From Armatimonadota bacterium (lineage in GTDB: Bacteria > Armatimonadota > Fimbriimonadia > Fimbriimonadales > GBS-DC), in assembly GCA_037445735.1 (NCBI GenBank), contig JBBIJY010000003.1:64001-128000 (forward strand): a stretch of 64,000 nucleotides of DNA. The letters run 5' to 3'. The notes beneath the pieces were generated by a model. It made no database searches and had not been told where the DNA came from. It was given only the letters and a program-made list of their open reading frames with translations. Made by a program: the position numbers and the translations under genes. Positions 39,183-47,644 of the stretch are shown here, piece by piece. The first letter of the stretch is position 1, and each line of letters begins with the position of its first letter.

Positions 39183-39608
39183 ATGGCACGCACAATCCTG
39201 ATGGCATATCGGGGCACGGAGGAGGACCGACGGGTTCTGCGCTGGCTCTGCCGCCTGATAAAGCAGACCCGTGCCAACCTGCGACTGGTCTATGTGCTGA
39301 CCGTGCCGTTCAGCGAGCAGGTCGACGCGCCTGAACCGACAGGCTTACAGCAGGCGGAGCAGCTGCTGCTGGAGGCGGAGCGCATCGCCGAGCGCGAGGG
39401 CGTGATTGCCGCCGCCGATATTGTGCAGGCGCGCGACGCCGGCAGCGGACTGGTCTCCGAAGCCGAGGAGCTGGATGTCGACCTGCTGGTGCTGACCGAC
39501 CGCCGCCATTTGCTGCCGCTGGAGAACCCGCTCGGCTACGGCACGGTCGCCTATGTGCTGCGCCACGCCCCATGCCCCGTCTGGATCTGCTACGAACCCA
39601 TTCAATAG
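39183..39608 (+). CDS. Universal stress protein
   Basis: RTILMAY...LVYV...GTVAYVLRHAPCPV. Confidence 0.85.
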   Translation: MARTILMAYRGTEEDRRVLRWLCRLIKQTRANLRLVYVLTVPFSEQVDAPEPTGLQQAEQLLLEAERIAEREGVIAAADIVQARDAGSGLVSEAEELDVDLLVLTDRRHLLPLENPLGYGTVAYVLRHAPCPVWICYEPIQ

Positions 39609-39639
39609 TTAGGAGCAGGGTAAACTGTATGGGGAGCCT

Positions 39640-40218
39640 ATGGACGCGCACGACTATGCGAATCGGGTCTACCTGTCCGCTATAGAGGCGGCGAAGTTTC
39701 TGGGCGTCTCCGTGCGCACCGTTCACCGCCTCGTAACAGAGGGACGCCTGCCAGCACTCGTCGCCGCCAGTGGGCAGAAACGCTTCCGACTGCGCGACCT
39801 TGAAGCACTCAAACAGAACCTCGCCTGGCTCGTCAGTTCCCTGCAGCCGCCGTCCCTGCCAGATTGCATTACGCTGACCCTCAACGGCACAACCCAGCGA
39901 ATCTATGTCAAAAATGCGCAATCGATGAAAGAGATCGGGGATAATAGCATCCATCTGGTCATCACTTCGCCTCCCTACTTCAGCACGAAAATGTACGCCC
40001 GCGAGCCTATCGAGGGCGATCTCGGTAATATCCATTCGCTGGAGGAGTGGCTTGAGCAGATTGCCCTGGTCTGGCAGGAGGTCTATCGCGTGCTTCAATC
40101 AGGACGCAAAGCCTTCATCAATATTATGAATCTCCCCAGCCGAATGGCGGATGGCAGCTTCCGCACACTGAACCTGATGGGCAAAACCATCGACCTGTGC
40201 GAGAGGTGTATCAAATGA
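39640..40218 (+). pseudogene. Truncated HTH-DNA methyltransferase (beta class)
   Basis: Excisionase-type HTH (YLSAIEAAKFLGVSVRTVHR), IHLVITSPPYF and EVYRVL, but it stops before any FxGxG motif and runs into the purC start. Confidence 0.75.
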
Positions 40219-41168
40219 TGCCCGCACTGACAGTCGCAGAAACGCAGCTTCCTCCGCCGCTTTATACGCGGGGCAAGGTGCGCGACACTTACGCGCTGGA
40301 CGACGCCCTGCTGATGATAACCACCGACCGCCTCTCGGCGTTCGATGTGGTGCTGCCGACGCCCATCCCTGACAAGGGGCGCGTTCTGAACGGTCTCAGC
40401 GCGTTCTGGTTCCATCGCTTCGAACCGTGGATGCCCCATCACCTGATCAGCACCGACTGGAGCGCGATTGCCGACGCGCTTCAGCGAGCGGGCGTGCCCG
40501 ATGTGGATGCCTATCGTCCCCTGCTGATAGGGCGCACGATGCTGGTGCGACGGGCGAAGCCGTTCCCTGTGGAATGCGTCGTGCGCGGCTACCTCGCTGG
40601 CTCGCTCTGGAAAGAGTATCTGCAGGCGGGCGGCACCCAGCGCGACCAATCCATCATCCTGCACGGCATCCGTCTGCCTGCAGGACTGCGCGAATCGGAA
40701 CGCCTGCCCGAACCCATCTTCACACCCGCCACCAAAGCCCACAGCGGACACGACGAAAATATCTCCTTTGAGCAAATGGTGCACATCGTCGGGGCAGACC
40801 ACGCCCGCCAGCTGCGCGAGTTGAGCCTGCGCCTCTACCATGAGGCTGCCGAATACGCGCTCGCGCGCGGCATCATCATCGCCGACACCAAGTTCGAGTT
40901 CGGTCTGGATGACAATGGGCGCATTCTGCTGATTGACGAGGTGCTGACGCCCGATTCCTCGCGCTTCTGGGACGCCGCGCTCTATCAGCCCGGTCGCGCC
41001 CAGCCCAGTTATGATAAGCAGTTCGTGCGCGACTATCTCGAATCGATCGGCTGGAACAAGCAACCGCCCGCGCCGCCTCTGCCGCCCGGCATCGTGCAGA
41101 AAACCGCCGACAAGTATCGCGAAGCGTACCGCCGACTGACGGGCGAGCCGCTGCCACCTGCCGACTAA
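40215..41168 (+). CDS. purC: SAICAR synthetase
   Basis: RGKVRD, TDRLSAFD, PVECVVRGYLAGS, FTPATKA, IADTKFEFG, DEVLTPDSSRFW, DKQFVRD. Confidence 0.96.
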   Translation: MMPALTVAETQLPPPLYTRGKVRDTYALDDALLMITTDRLSAFDVVLPTPIPDKGRVLNGLSAFWFHRFEPWMPHHLISTDWSAIADALQRAGVPDVDAYRPLLIGRTMLVRRAKPFPVECVVRGYLAGSLWKEYLQAGGTQRDQSIILHGIRLPAGLRESERLPEPIFTPATKAHSGHDENISFEQMVHIVGADHARQLRELSLRLYHEAAEYALARGIIIADTKFEFGLDDNGRILLIDEVLTPDSSRFWDAALYQPGRAQPSYDKQFVRDYLESIGWNKQPPAPPLPPGIVQKTADKYREAYRRLTGEPLPPAD

Positions 41169-41171
41169 GCC

Positions 41172-43415
41172 TCAGTCTTTCACCAGCGACCAGGCGGACA
41201 TGCAGCGTGCGTAGTAGCTGCCACATTCTGGCTCGTTGAAGGGGTTGCGCCGCGCGCCATCATGGCGGGCGCGCACCGCCTCCACCACCGCCTGCGCCTC
41301 TGCCTCCAGTCCGTAATCCAGCAGCAGTCGCGCAAACAGATACTCCAGCCCTGTCCAGCACTCCGCCCAGTAGGGGAACGGCACTTCGGGACGCCCCCCA
41401 CGCGGATAGGAGCAGATCAGCACGCCCGCCTCGTCGCCCAGCGCGTAGGTGCGCATCTGATTGTAATGCTGATGGAACCCGCGTCGGAAGTTGAAGCGAT
41501 AGATGGAGCGCAGCGCCTGAACAATATGATCCCGCCGAAGCAGGTCGCCCAGCCCGACCCGGTTCGCCTTATATTGACCCACCAGCTGATCGATCAGGCA
41601 GCCGTCGCCCACCTGATAATGCTGGCAGAGCGGGTCGTCAGGCTGGAGCGCGGTCGTCATCGGATGGGGCGGCTCCTGCGGTCGCTGGAACCGCTGAACA
41701 TAATAGTTGCCGTTGAACAGGTTCGCGTCCATCCACTGGCTACCCTGCTCAAAGAGTCGCTGGCATTCGCGGGCGAAGGCGGCATCGCCAGCGATGAGCG
41801 CCATCTGCTCCATCGCCCGCAACGCCGTCAGGTACCATGTGCCACACGAGGGATTGGGTCCGAAAAACTCCACATCGTAGGTGTTGTGCTGGGCGCCCTC
41901 CATCACGCCGTCCCGATTGGTGTCCCACCCGCCGGGCACCCAGGCGAAGGCGAGCAGCCGTTTTAGTGTCGGATAGACCTGTCGGAGCCATGCTTCGTCG
42001 CCCTCGCGCCGATACTGCTGATAGGCGCGCACAATCAGCCCCATCTGCCCATCGGCGGCGGCGCGGTCGAAGCGCGCTGCGCCCAGCGGCAGGTCGAGCC
42101 GAAAGCGGTGCGCCCCGTCCGCTGTCAGCCCGTAGCGCAGATGGCTCTCCAGCATCGAACGGTGAAGGTCCGGAAAGAGCGCGCACAGCGCCTCCTCGTA
42201 GTTCCACACATGCGTGCAGGAGCCATAACAGCAGCCCGTCGTCGCATTACAGCCCTCGAAGGCGCAGAAGGTGCCCTCCTCCAGCCGAAAGCAGGTTGGA
42301 CTGCGCAACACGCTCAGGCAGTTAAGCGCCGATTCGGCGAAGGCGGGGTGTCGGGCGCGTTCGATGACCGAGCGCACGAACGCCAGCGTTCGCTGCTCCA
42401 GCTCCGACAGGCGCGGGATGACCGCCTGTGCCACCGTTAGCGCGTCGCGGAACCGCAGGGCATAATGGTTGCGCACGATGGGGTCGTCGCGCTCGCCACC
42501 CTGCCACCAGCCCAGCTCACGCAGGTCGCGATACGGGAAGTGCCAGCAGAGCAGGAACCGCGCCGTCTGCTGGCTCCCTGCGGGCAGGTCGAACTGCACG
42601 GAGAGCGAGCTGTTCCAGCCATGCTCGTCGCTGGGCGGGCACGGCTCATCGGGCACCGCATCGGCAATCGCCCCGTCAGTCAGCAGGGTATCGATCAGCC
42701 CGAGCAGTTCGCGGTTCCATGCGCGGTCGCGAAACGCCCATCGGCGCGCTGCCACCACCGGGCGTTCGCTTAGCAGGGCGAGCGTGCCCCAGCGCGGCGA
42801 CCGCTGCTCCGGCTGCTTGCAAAAAAAAAGCCCCTGCCAGCCCTCGACCTGCGCGAACTCGGTGCGATTGCCGCGCAGGTCGCTCACGACCCCATCGCTG
42901 CCGATGAAGTTGGTCAGCACAAAAGTCAGCGACACCGCGAGCGGCACAGAACCCCGATTGGATACCTGCACGCTGAGCATGCCAAACGGCAGGCTGGAAT
43001 CGTCCGTCGCTTCGGGGATGAGCGGGTTGAAGGCAGCCAAAGCGACCTCGATGGGCAGGCTCGGATCGCGCAGGTGGGCACGCCCGAACGGGTACGCCGA
43101 TTCGAAACTCACTGCCCGCATGCGCGGGATACCGCCCAGCGCCTGCGGCACGCCGTGATCGGCATCCAGCTGGAGCCGTGTGATGCCCTCCAGCACGCGC
43201 AGATAGGTCTGCCCGCGCGGCGTGCGAACCCACAGTAGCAGATGGGCGTAAGGCGGTCGCCAGCCCCGATGCGGACGGCTCATCAACTGCCAGTCGGTGA
43301 GCGCACCATCGCCTGTGAGCGCGAAGCAACCCGTGCCGATGCCGCCCACTGGCATCACTATCGCCCGCAGGCGCGAGCGCCCATATCGCGCCACCACCGG
43401 AAAATCGCTTGCCAC
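41172..43415 (-). CDS. GH116-family glycoside hydrolase
   Basis: PVGGIGTG, AYPFG, FEGC...CTHVWNY, DGQMG, HNTYD, DQLVGQ, ECWTG, NPFNEPECG..YAR. Confidence 0.85.
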   Translation of the reverse strand: MASDFPVVARYGRSRLRAIVMPVGGIGTGCFALTGDGALTDWQLMSRPHRGWRPPYAHLLLWVRTPRGQTYLRVLEGITRLQLDADHGVPQALGGIPRMRAVSFESAYPFGRAHLRDPSLPIEVALAAFNPLIPEATDDSSLPFGMLSVQVSNRGSVPLAVSLTFVLTNFIGSDGVVSDLRGNRTEFAQVEGWQGLFFCKQPEQRSPRWGTLALLSERPVVAARRWAFRDRAWNRELLGLIDTLLTDGAIADAVPDEPCPPSDEHGWNSSLSVQFDLPAGSQQTARFLLCWHFPYRDLRELGWWQGGERDDPIVRNHYALRFRDALTVAQAVIPRLSELEQRTLAFVRSVIERARHPAFAESALNCLSVLRSPTCFRLEEGTFCAFEGCNATTGCCYGSCTHVWNYEEALCALFPDLHRSMLESHLRYGLTADGAHRFRLDLPLGAARFDRAAADGQMGLIVRAYQQYRREGDEAWLRQVYPTLKRLLAFAWVPGGWDTNRDGVMEGAQHNTYDVEFFGPNPSCGTWYLTALRAMEQMALIAGDAAFARECQRLFEQGSQWMDANLFNGNYYVQRFQRPQEPPHPMTTALQPDDPLCQHYQVGDGCLIDQLVGQYKANRVGLGDLLRRDHIVQALRSIYRFNFRRGFHQHYNQMRTYALGDEAGVLICSYPRGGRPEVPFPYWAECWTGLEYLFARLLLDYGLEAEAQAVVEAVRARHDGARRNPFNEPECGSYYARCMSAWSLVKD

Positions 43416-43500
43416 AAGCCAGAACTTCTGCCTGCATCCTGCCTTCCCTGCCTGTTAGCGGTGATGGCGCAGGCGTGTGGACCCTTCACCGGACGATGCT

Positions 43501-44508
43501 TCACAGGGCGTTGCCCGTTTCGGCGCCCGTGCTCGGGTTGCCTGAGCGGGGCTGTTCAGGCGAGCGCTCGCGACTGGGTTCGGGTGCCAGGCGCTCGATG
43601 CGCACCTGCACCTGCACCTCGCGTGTACCGATAATCTCAACCCCGCGCGGCACCTGCAACGGCACTTGGAGCGTGGCGTCCTGCGTCAGGTTGCGAAGCG
43701 AGATGGGCGTGGTCTCAATCACATTAATCTCCTTCAGGCGACCGGGGCTGCCCCGCACCTGCACCGCGACCGGCTCTACCGCGAACCATGCCACCCGATA
43801 GGGAAACTGGGGCAGCTCGCCCAGTCGCGGGCTGACAGGCACCGTCTTGACCGTCGGCTGCGGGATCAGGCGCAGTTTGAGGCGCACGCTCGCCGGGTTC
43901 AACTGCACGCTCAACACGGGGTTGCCCGCGCCATCTAATGCCATCGGGGTGATGTCCACCTCGATATCGCCCTGCAAGCCCGTCAGGTCAAAGGGCACCT
44001 GCACCTGCTGGACGCGGCGCACCTCACTCACCGTGCCGCTCACTCGCACACTGTTCGGTTCCGTGACGGCTTCTGCCAGCACCTCGCGCACTTCAGGCGT
44101 GCCTGTGAGGCGCACCCGCACAGGCAGCTGGCGCGTCAGGCGCGGCTCGATCACCACCCGCACACGCTGCCGATCCGCCTGCAAGCTCAATTCACCGTTC
44201 CAGCCCGGCGGGTACTGCAGGGTGATGGGCAGCCAGTTCTCGCCCGGCTTCGCCGTGCGCAGATCGACGGCGGCGCGAATGCGATCCGCGCTGGTCGCCT
44301 CCACCACCTCCTTGACCCCGCGCAGCGTGACGCGCACGCGCGGGCTACCTTCCAGCCGCACCTCGTATCCAGTGGGCGCGTTCAGCAGCTCAATCGGCAC
44401 TTCGTAAGCGCGCTCCACCATCGGGTGCAGCTGCGACTGCACATACAGCACCAGCACAATCGCAATAATCAGCGAGCCAATCTTCTCGACAAGGTTCTGT
44501 CGTAGCAT
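43501..44508 (-). CDS. cdaR: CdaR/YbbR-repeat protein
   Basis: N-terminal TM (KIGSLIIAIVLVLYV), repeated YbbR domains, follows cdaA. Confidence 0.82.
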   Translation of the reverse strand: MLRQNLVEKIGSLIIAIVLVLYVQSQLHPMVERAYEVPIELLNAPTGYEVRLEGSPRVRVTLRGVKEVVEATSADRIRAAVDLRTAKPGENWLPITLQYPPGWNGELSLQADRQRVRVVIEPRLTRQLPVRVRLTGTPEVREVLAEAVTEPNSVRVSGTVSEVRRVQQVQVPFDLTGLQGDIEVDITPMALDGAGNPVLSVQLNPASVRLKLRLIPQPTVKTVPVSPRLGELPQFPYRVAWFAVEPVAVQVRGSPGRLKEINVIETTPISLRNLTQDATLQVPLQVPRGVEIIGTREVQVQVRIERLAPEPSRERSPEQPRSGNPSTGAETGNAL

Positions 44509-44520
44509 CGTGGTTCTCCG

Positions 44521-45519
44521 TCACCCCTTTCTGACCTGCTGTCCACTTCCCTCACTTGCCGCGTGGGAGAGGGGCTGGGGGTGAGGACTGCTCCCCTCGC
44601 CCACAGCGTGGGAGAGGGGCTGGGGGTGAGGGCTGCTCCCCTCGCCCACCGGCTCGGATGAGGGGTTCACCGTGCGCTGTGGCGCGCGCATGCGGGTGGA
44701 GAAGGCGCGCCCCACGCGCCGCAACAGGCGCGGGCGCGTCTCACCAATCAACAGGTCGATCAGCAGGCGGCGCAGATGCTCACCGTCCACATTTTGCGTC
44801 CACGCGCCGTCCACCGCCACCGTGATCTGACCCGTCTCCTCCGACACGATAATCGCGATGCAGTCGGCATTCTCGGTCGCGCCGATGCCCGCGCGATGGC
44901 GCGTGTGCAGCGTGTCGGGAATGGTGGGGTTCTCACTGATCTCGCTGAAGTAGACGGCAGCCTCCACAATCTGGTCGCCGCGCAAAATCACGGCGCCATC
45001 GTGCAGGGGCGAACCCGGATAGAAAATCGTGCGCAACAGTGGCGCACTCACCTCCGCCTGAACCTCGATGCCACGCCCCTCCGCCACAGCATCCTGGCGC
45101 TCCCAGACAATCAACGCGCCGATGCGGTCGCGCGCCATCTGCTGCACGGCGGTGACCACCTGATCGATGGCGCGGCGCAGCGGCTCCCCTTCACTGCCGC
45201 CAAAGCTGGCACGCCAGAACTCCACGCGCCCAATCGTCTCCAGCACCCGCCGCAACTCCGGGAAAAACAGGATGACCAGCGCCACTGGCCCCAGTGTGGT
45301 GGCGCGATCGAGCAACCAGTGAATCGTCTCCAGCCGCATCAGGTCGCTCAAGTAGAGCGCCAGCGAGAAGATGAGCAGCCCGATCAGCACCTGGTAGGCG
45401 CGCGTGCCTTTCGCCAGCAACAGCAGCCGATAAATCAAATACGCCACCAGCAGCGTGTCGAGAGCCAGCAGCAGCCAGCGTGAAGAGAGATGCTCGATAA
45501 ACCTCAGCCAGTCGCTCAA
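44521..45519 (-). CDS. cdaA: Diadenylate cyclase CdaA
   Basis: 3 TM helices, FFPELRR, IGALIV, PLHDGA, TRHRAGIG, VSEETG. Confidence 0.92.
   Translation of the reverse strand: MSDWLRFIEHLSSRWLLLALDTLLVAYLIYRLLLLAKGTRAYQVLIGLLIFSLALYLSDLMRLETIHWLLDRATTLGPVALVILFFPELRRVLETIGRVEFWRASFGGSEGEPLRRAIDQVVTAVQQMARDRIGALIVWERQDAVAEGRGIEVQAEVSAPLLRTIFYPGSPLHDGAVILRGDQIVEAAVYFSEISENPTIPDTLHTRHRAGIGATENADCIAIIVSEETGQITVAVDGAWTQNVDGEHLRRLLIDLLIGETRPRLLRRVGRAFSTRMRAPQRTVNPSSEPVGEGSSPHPQPLSHAVGEGSSPHPQPLSHAASEGSGQQVRKG
44549..44648. repeat. Tandem REP-like elements in frame in the cdaA 3' end
   Basis: Two GTGGGAGAGGGGCTGGGGGTGAGG units, encoding GEGSSPHPQPLSHA twice. Confidence 0.8.
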
Positions 45520-45571
45520 TCCACCACCTCACCCTATATTATAACCAACGGCGAAGCGGTATAATAAGAGT

Positions 45572-45912
45572 GGGCTGCTGGCTGGGTGGCGGCTCCCTGC
45601 GAAGGCAGGGGGAGGAAAGTCCGGGCTTCACAGGAGACTGTGCTGGGTAACGCCCAGGCGCCTGACCAGGCGACGGAAAGTGCCACAGAAACGCAGACCG
45701 CCCGCAAGGGCAAGGGTGCAACGGTGCGGTAAGAGCGCACCAGCGTGCGCGCGAGCGCCCGGCTGGGCAAACCCCGCAGGAAGCAAGGTCAAATAGGGAG
45801 GGGATGACGCGCTCCGCCGACCCTCCGGGTTGACCGCTCGAGGCTTCGCGCAAGCGAACGCCCCAGAGAGATCGCCACCACGAACAGAACCCGGCTTACA
45901 CGCCAGCAGCCC
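45572..45912 (+). ncRNA. rnpB: RNase P RNA (type A)
   Basis: GAGGAAAGTCCGGGCT, GGAAAGTGCCACAGAAA, GGTAAGAGCGCACC, GGCAAACCCC, ACAGAACCCGGCTTA. P1 pairing GGGCTGCTGGC/GCCAGCAGCCC. TATAAT at 45560-45565. Confidence 0.97.
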
Positions 45913-45913
45913 C

Positions 45914-45945
45914 TTGACTCGACACTCGACTGCAGAGTGTATCCT
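45914..45945 (+). promoter_or_regulatory. MerR-type long-spacer promoter with dyad operator
   Basis: TTGACT-N20-TATCCT with ACACTC-N7-GAGTGT dyad (45922-45940), directly upstream of a MerR gene. Confidence 0.8.
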
Positions 45946-45955
45946 GAATCGCACG

Positions 45956-46609
45956 ATGGCACGGCTCTGGCAGATTGGGGAGATGGCGAAACGGGCGGGT
46001 GTGAAGGTCTCCACCCTGCGCTATTATGACGCCTGTGGACTGCTTCCGCCCGCTTATCGCGCCGAATCGGGCTACCGCCTCTACGCCCCACAGCAGCTGG
46101 AGCGGCTCCAGTTCATTCTGGAGGCGAAACGGCTGGGGCTGAACCTGCGCCAGATTCGGCAGATACTGACACTCAGCGACTCGGGCGAGCAACCGTGCGA
46201 GCGAGTTGCGCTCCTGCTCCAGCGCATGGTGGCGCGACTCGACGAGCGGATTGCTCAGCTGCGGGCGCGGCGCGACGCCCTGCTGTACGCTCTGTCGCAC
46301 GCCCAGCGCACTGGCTCGCCATCCCCCTGCGCGTTGCTGACCACCGCCATCGACTATCAACGGAGGTGTTCCGAAATGGCACGTACCATCGAAGTGTTCA
46401 CAGCGGGCTGCTCTCTGTGTGATGAGGCGGTGCAGCGGGTGCGGAACGCGGTCGCTCACTGCGGCTGCACGGTCATCACCCGCGCGCCCGACAGCCCCGA
46501 AGCACAACAGTATGGCATTCGGGCGGTGCCCGCGATTGTTGTGGACGGGCAACTGGTCTTCACAGGGCTGCCCACGCAGGAGCAGGCGAACGCCCTGCTC
46601 CGTCGCTAA
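45956..46609 (+). CDS. MerR-family metal regulator fused to a thioredoxin/glutaredoxin-like domain
   Basis: IGEMAKRAGVKVSTLRYYD...SGYRLY, PCERV, SPC, then IEVFTAGCSLC...YGIRAVPAIVVDG. Confidence 0.85.
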   Translation: MARLWQIGEMAKRAGVKVSTLRYYDACGLLPPAYRAESGYRLYAPQQLERLQFILEAKRLGLNLRQIRQILTLSDSGEQPCERVALLLQRMVARLDERIAQLRARRDALLYALSHAQRTGSPSPCALLTTAIDYQRRCSEMARTIEVFTAGCSLCDEAVQRVRNAVAHCGCTVITRAPDSPEAQQYGIRAVPAIVVDGQLVFTGLPTQEQANALLRR

Positions 46610-46753
46610 CATGCTGGGGGCAGAGGGGAGATACCCTCTGCCCACCGTGCAGTTAGGGAAGTGCAACCGCCTGTTAGGGGCAGGAATCCATACTGCGATG
46701 GTGTATAATGGAAATCGGGCGGCAAGCGTTGCCAGCCCCAGAAAAGGAGGTCG

Positions 46754-47641
46754 ATGACGATGATGAGACGAACACTTTTGCTGATTGGCGCGCTGCTTGC
46801 AGGCAGCGCAACGGCGCAGTGCCTGCTGACCGACTTCGAGGGCTACACGGTTGGCTCCAACGGCATCGTGATGTTTCGCCAGCCCAGCTTCTCCGGCTCC
46901 ACGGCAGGTTTCCTTGCCTACACCGGTTCCTGCAGTCTCGGACCCAACTGCTCCATCATCTCCGACGAGCAGAACCACACGGCGAACGGCTCCCAGTCGC
47001 TGAAGGTGGTGTGGCAATTCACAGGGACGGCATCGAACGCCTGGCTGAGGCTGACCACCTTCAACACACTGAACCTGCCCAACCCCACCATCGATTTCAG
47101 CCACAAGCTGGTGGTGTGGGTCTATGTGCCGAGCGGCACGCCCGACTTCTATCTGACGCTGGGCGTGCGCGAGACCGGCAGCACCGCAGCTTGCGGTGGG
47201 AACGGAGGTACCTCGGGCGGCATCGAATGGGTGGGCGCCACCTCCGGGTATCCACCCGTCGGTAAGCTGATCGACCAGAAAGATCAGTGGGTGCGGGTGG
47301 AGTTCAACATCCCGAATGAGCCGCTGGTCGCCTTCGCAGGGAGCACAGCCAACGGTAGACTGGACACCACAACAGGCACGCTGGAGCAGCTGGCATTCAC
47401 ACCCGTTGATCCGACGCGAACCGACATCTACACGGTCTATCTGGACGACATCGAAACGATAACAGCGGGCATTCCGGGCGATGTGAACGGCGACGGCTGC
47501 GTGGACGACGCGGACCTGCTGGCGGTGCTGTTCGCCTTCGGGCAGACGGGCAGTGGCTTGCCTGAGGATGTGAACGGCGACGGCGTGGTGGATGACGCCG
47601 ACCTGCTCACAGTGCTGTTCAACTTCGGGCAGGGCTGCTGA
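46754..47641 (+). CDS. Secreted beta-sandwich (CBM-like) protein with dockerin-like tail
   Basis: Signal peptide, TDFE...SLKVVW...YLDDI, tail GDVNGDGCVDDADLLAVLFAFG...FNFGQGC. Confidence 0.75.
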   Translation: MTMMRRTLLLIGALLAGSATAQCLLTDFEGYTVGSNGIVMFRQPSFSGSTAGFLAYTGSCSLGPNCSIISDEQNHTANGSQSLKVVWQFTGTASNAWLRLTTFNTLNLPNPTIDFSHKLVVWVYVPSGTPDFYLTLGVRETGSTAACGGNGGTSGGIEWVGATSGYPPVGKLIDQKDQWVRVEFNIPNEPLVAFAGSTANGRLDTTTGTLEQLAFTPVDPTRTDIYTVYLDDIETITAGIPGDVNGDGCVDDADLLAVLFAFGQTGSGLPEDVNGDGVVDDADLLTVLFNFGQGC

Positions 47642-47644
47642 ATC

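Noticed and set aside
42821-42829. A9 tract in the GH116 gene as a phase-variation site
   Set aside because: Frame is intact, it encodes Leu-Phe-Phe, and there is no other support.
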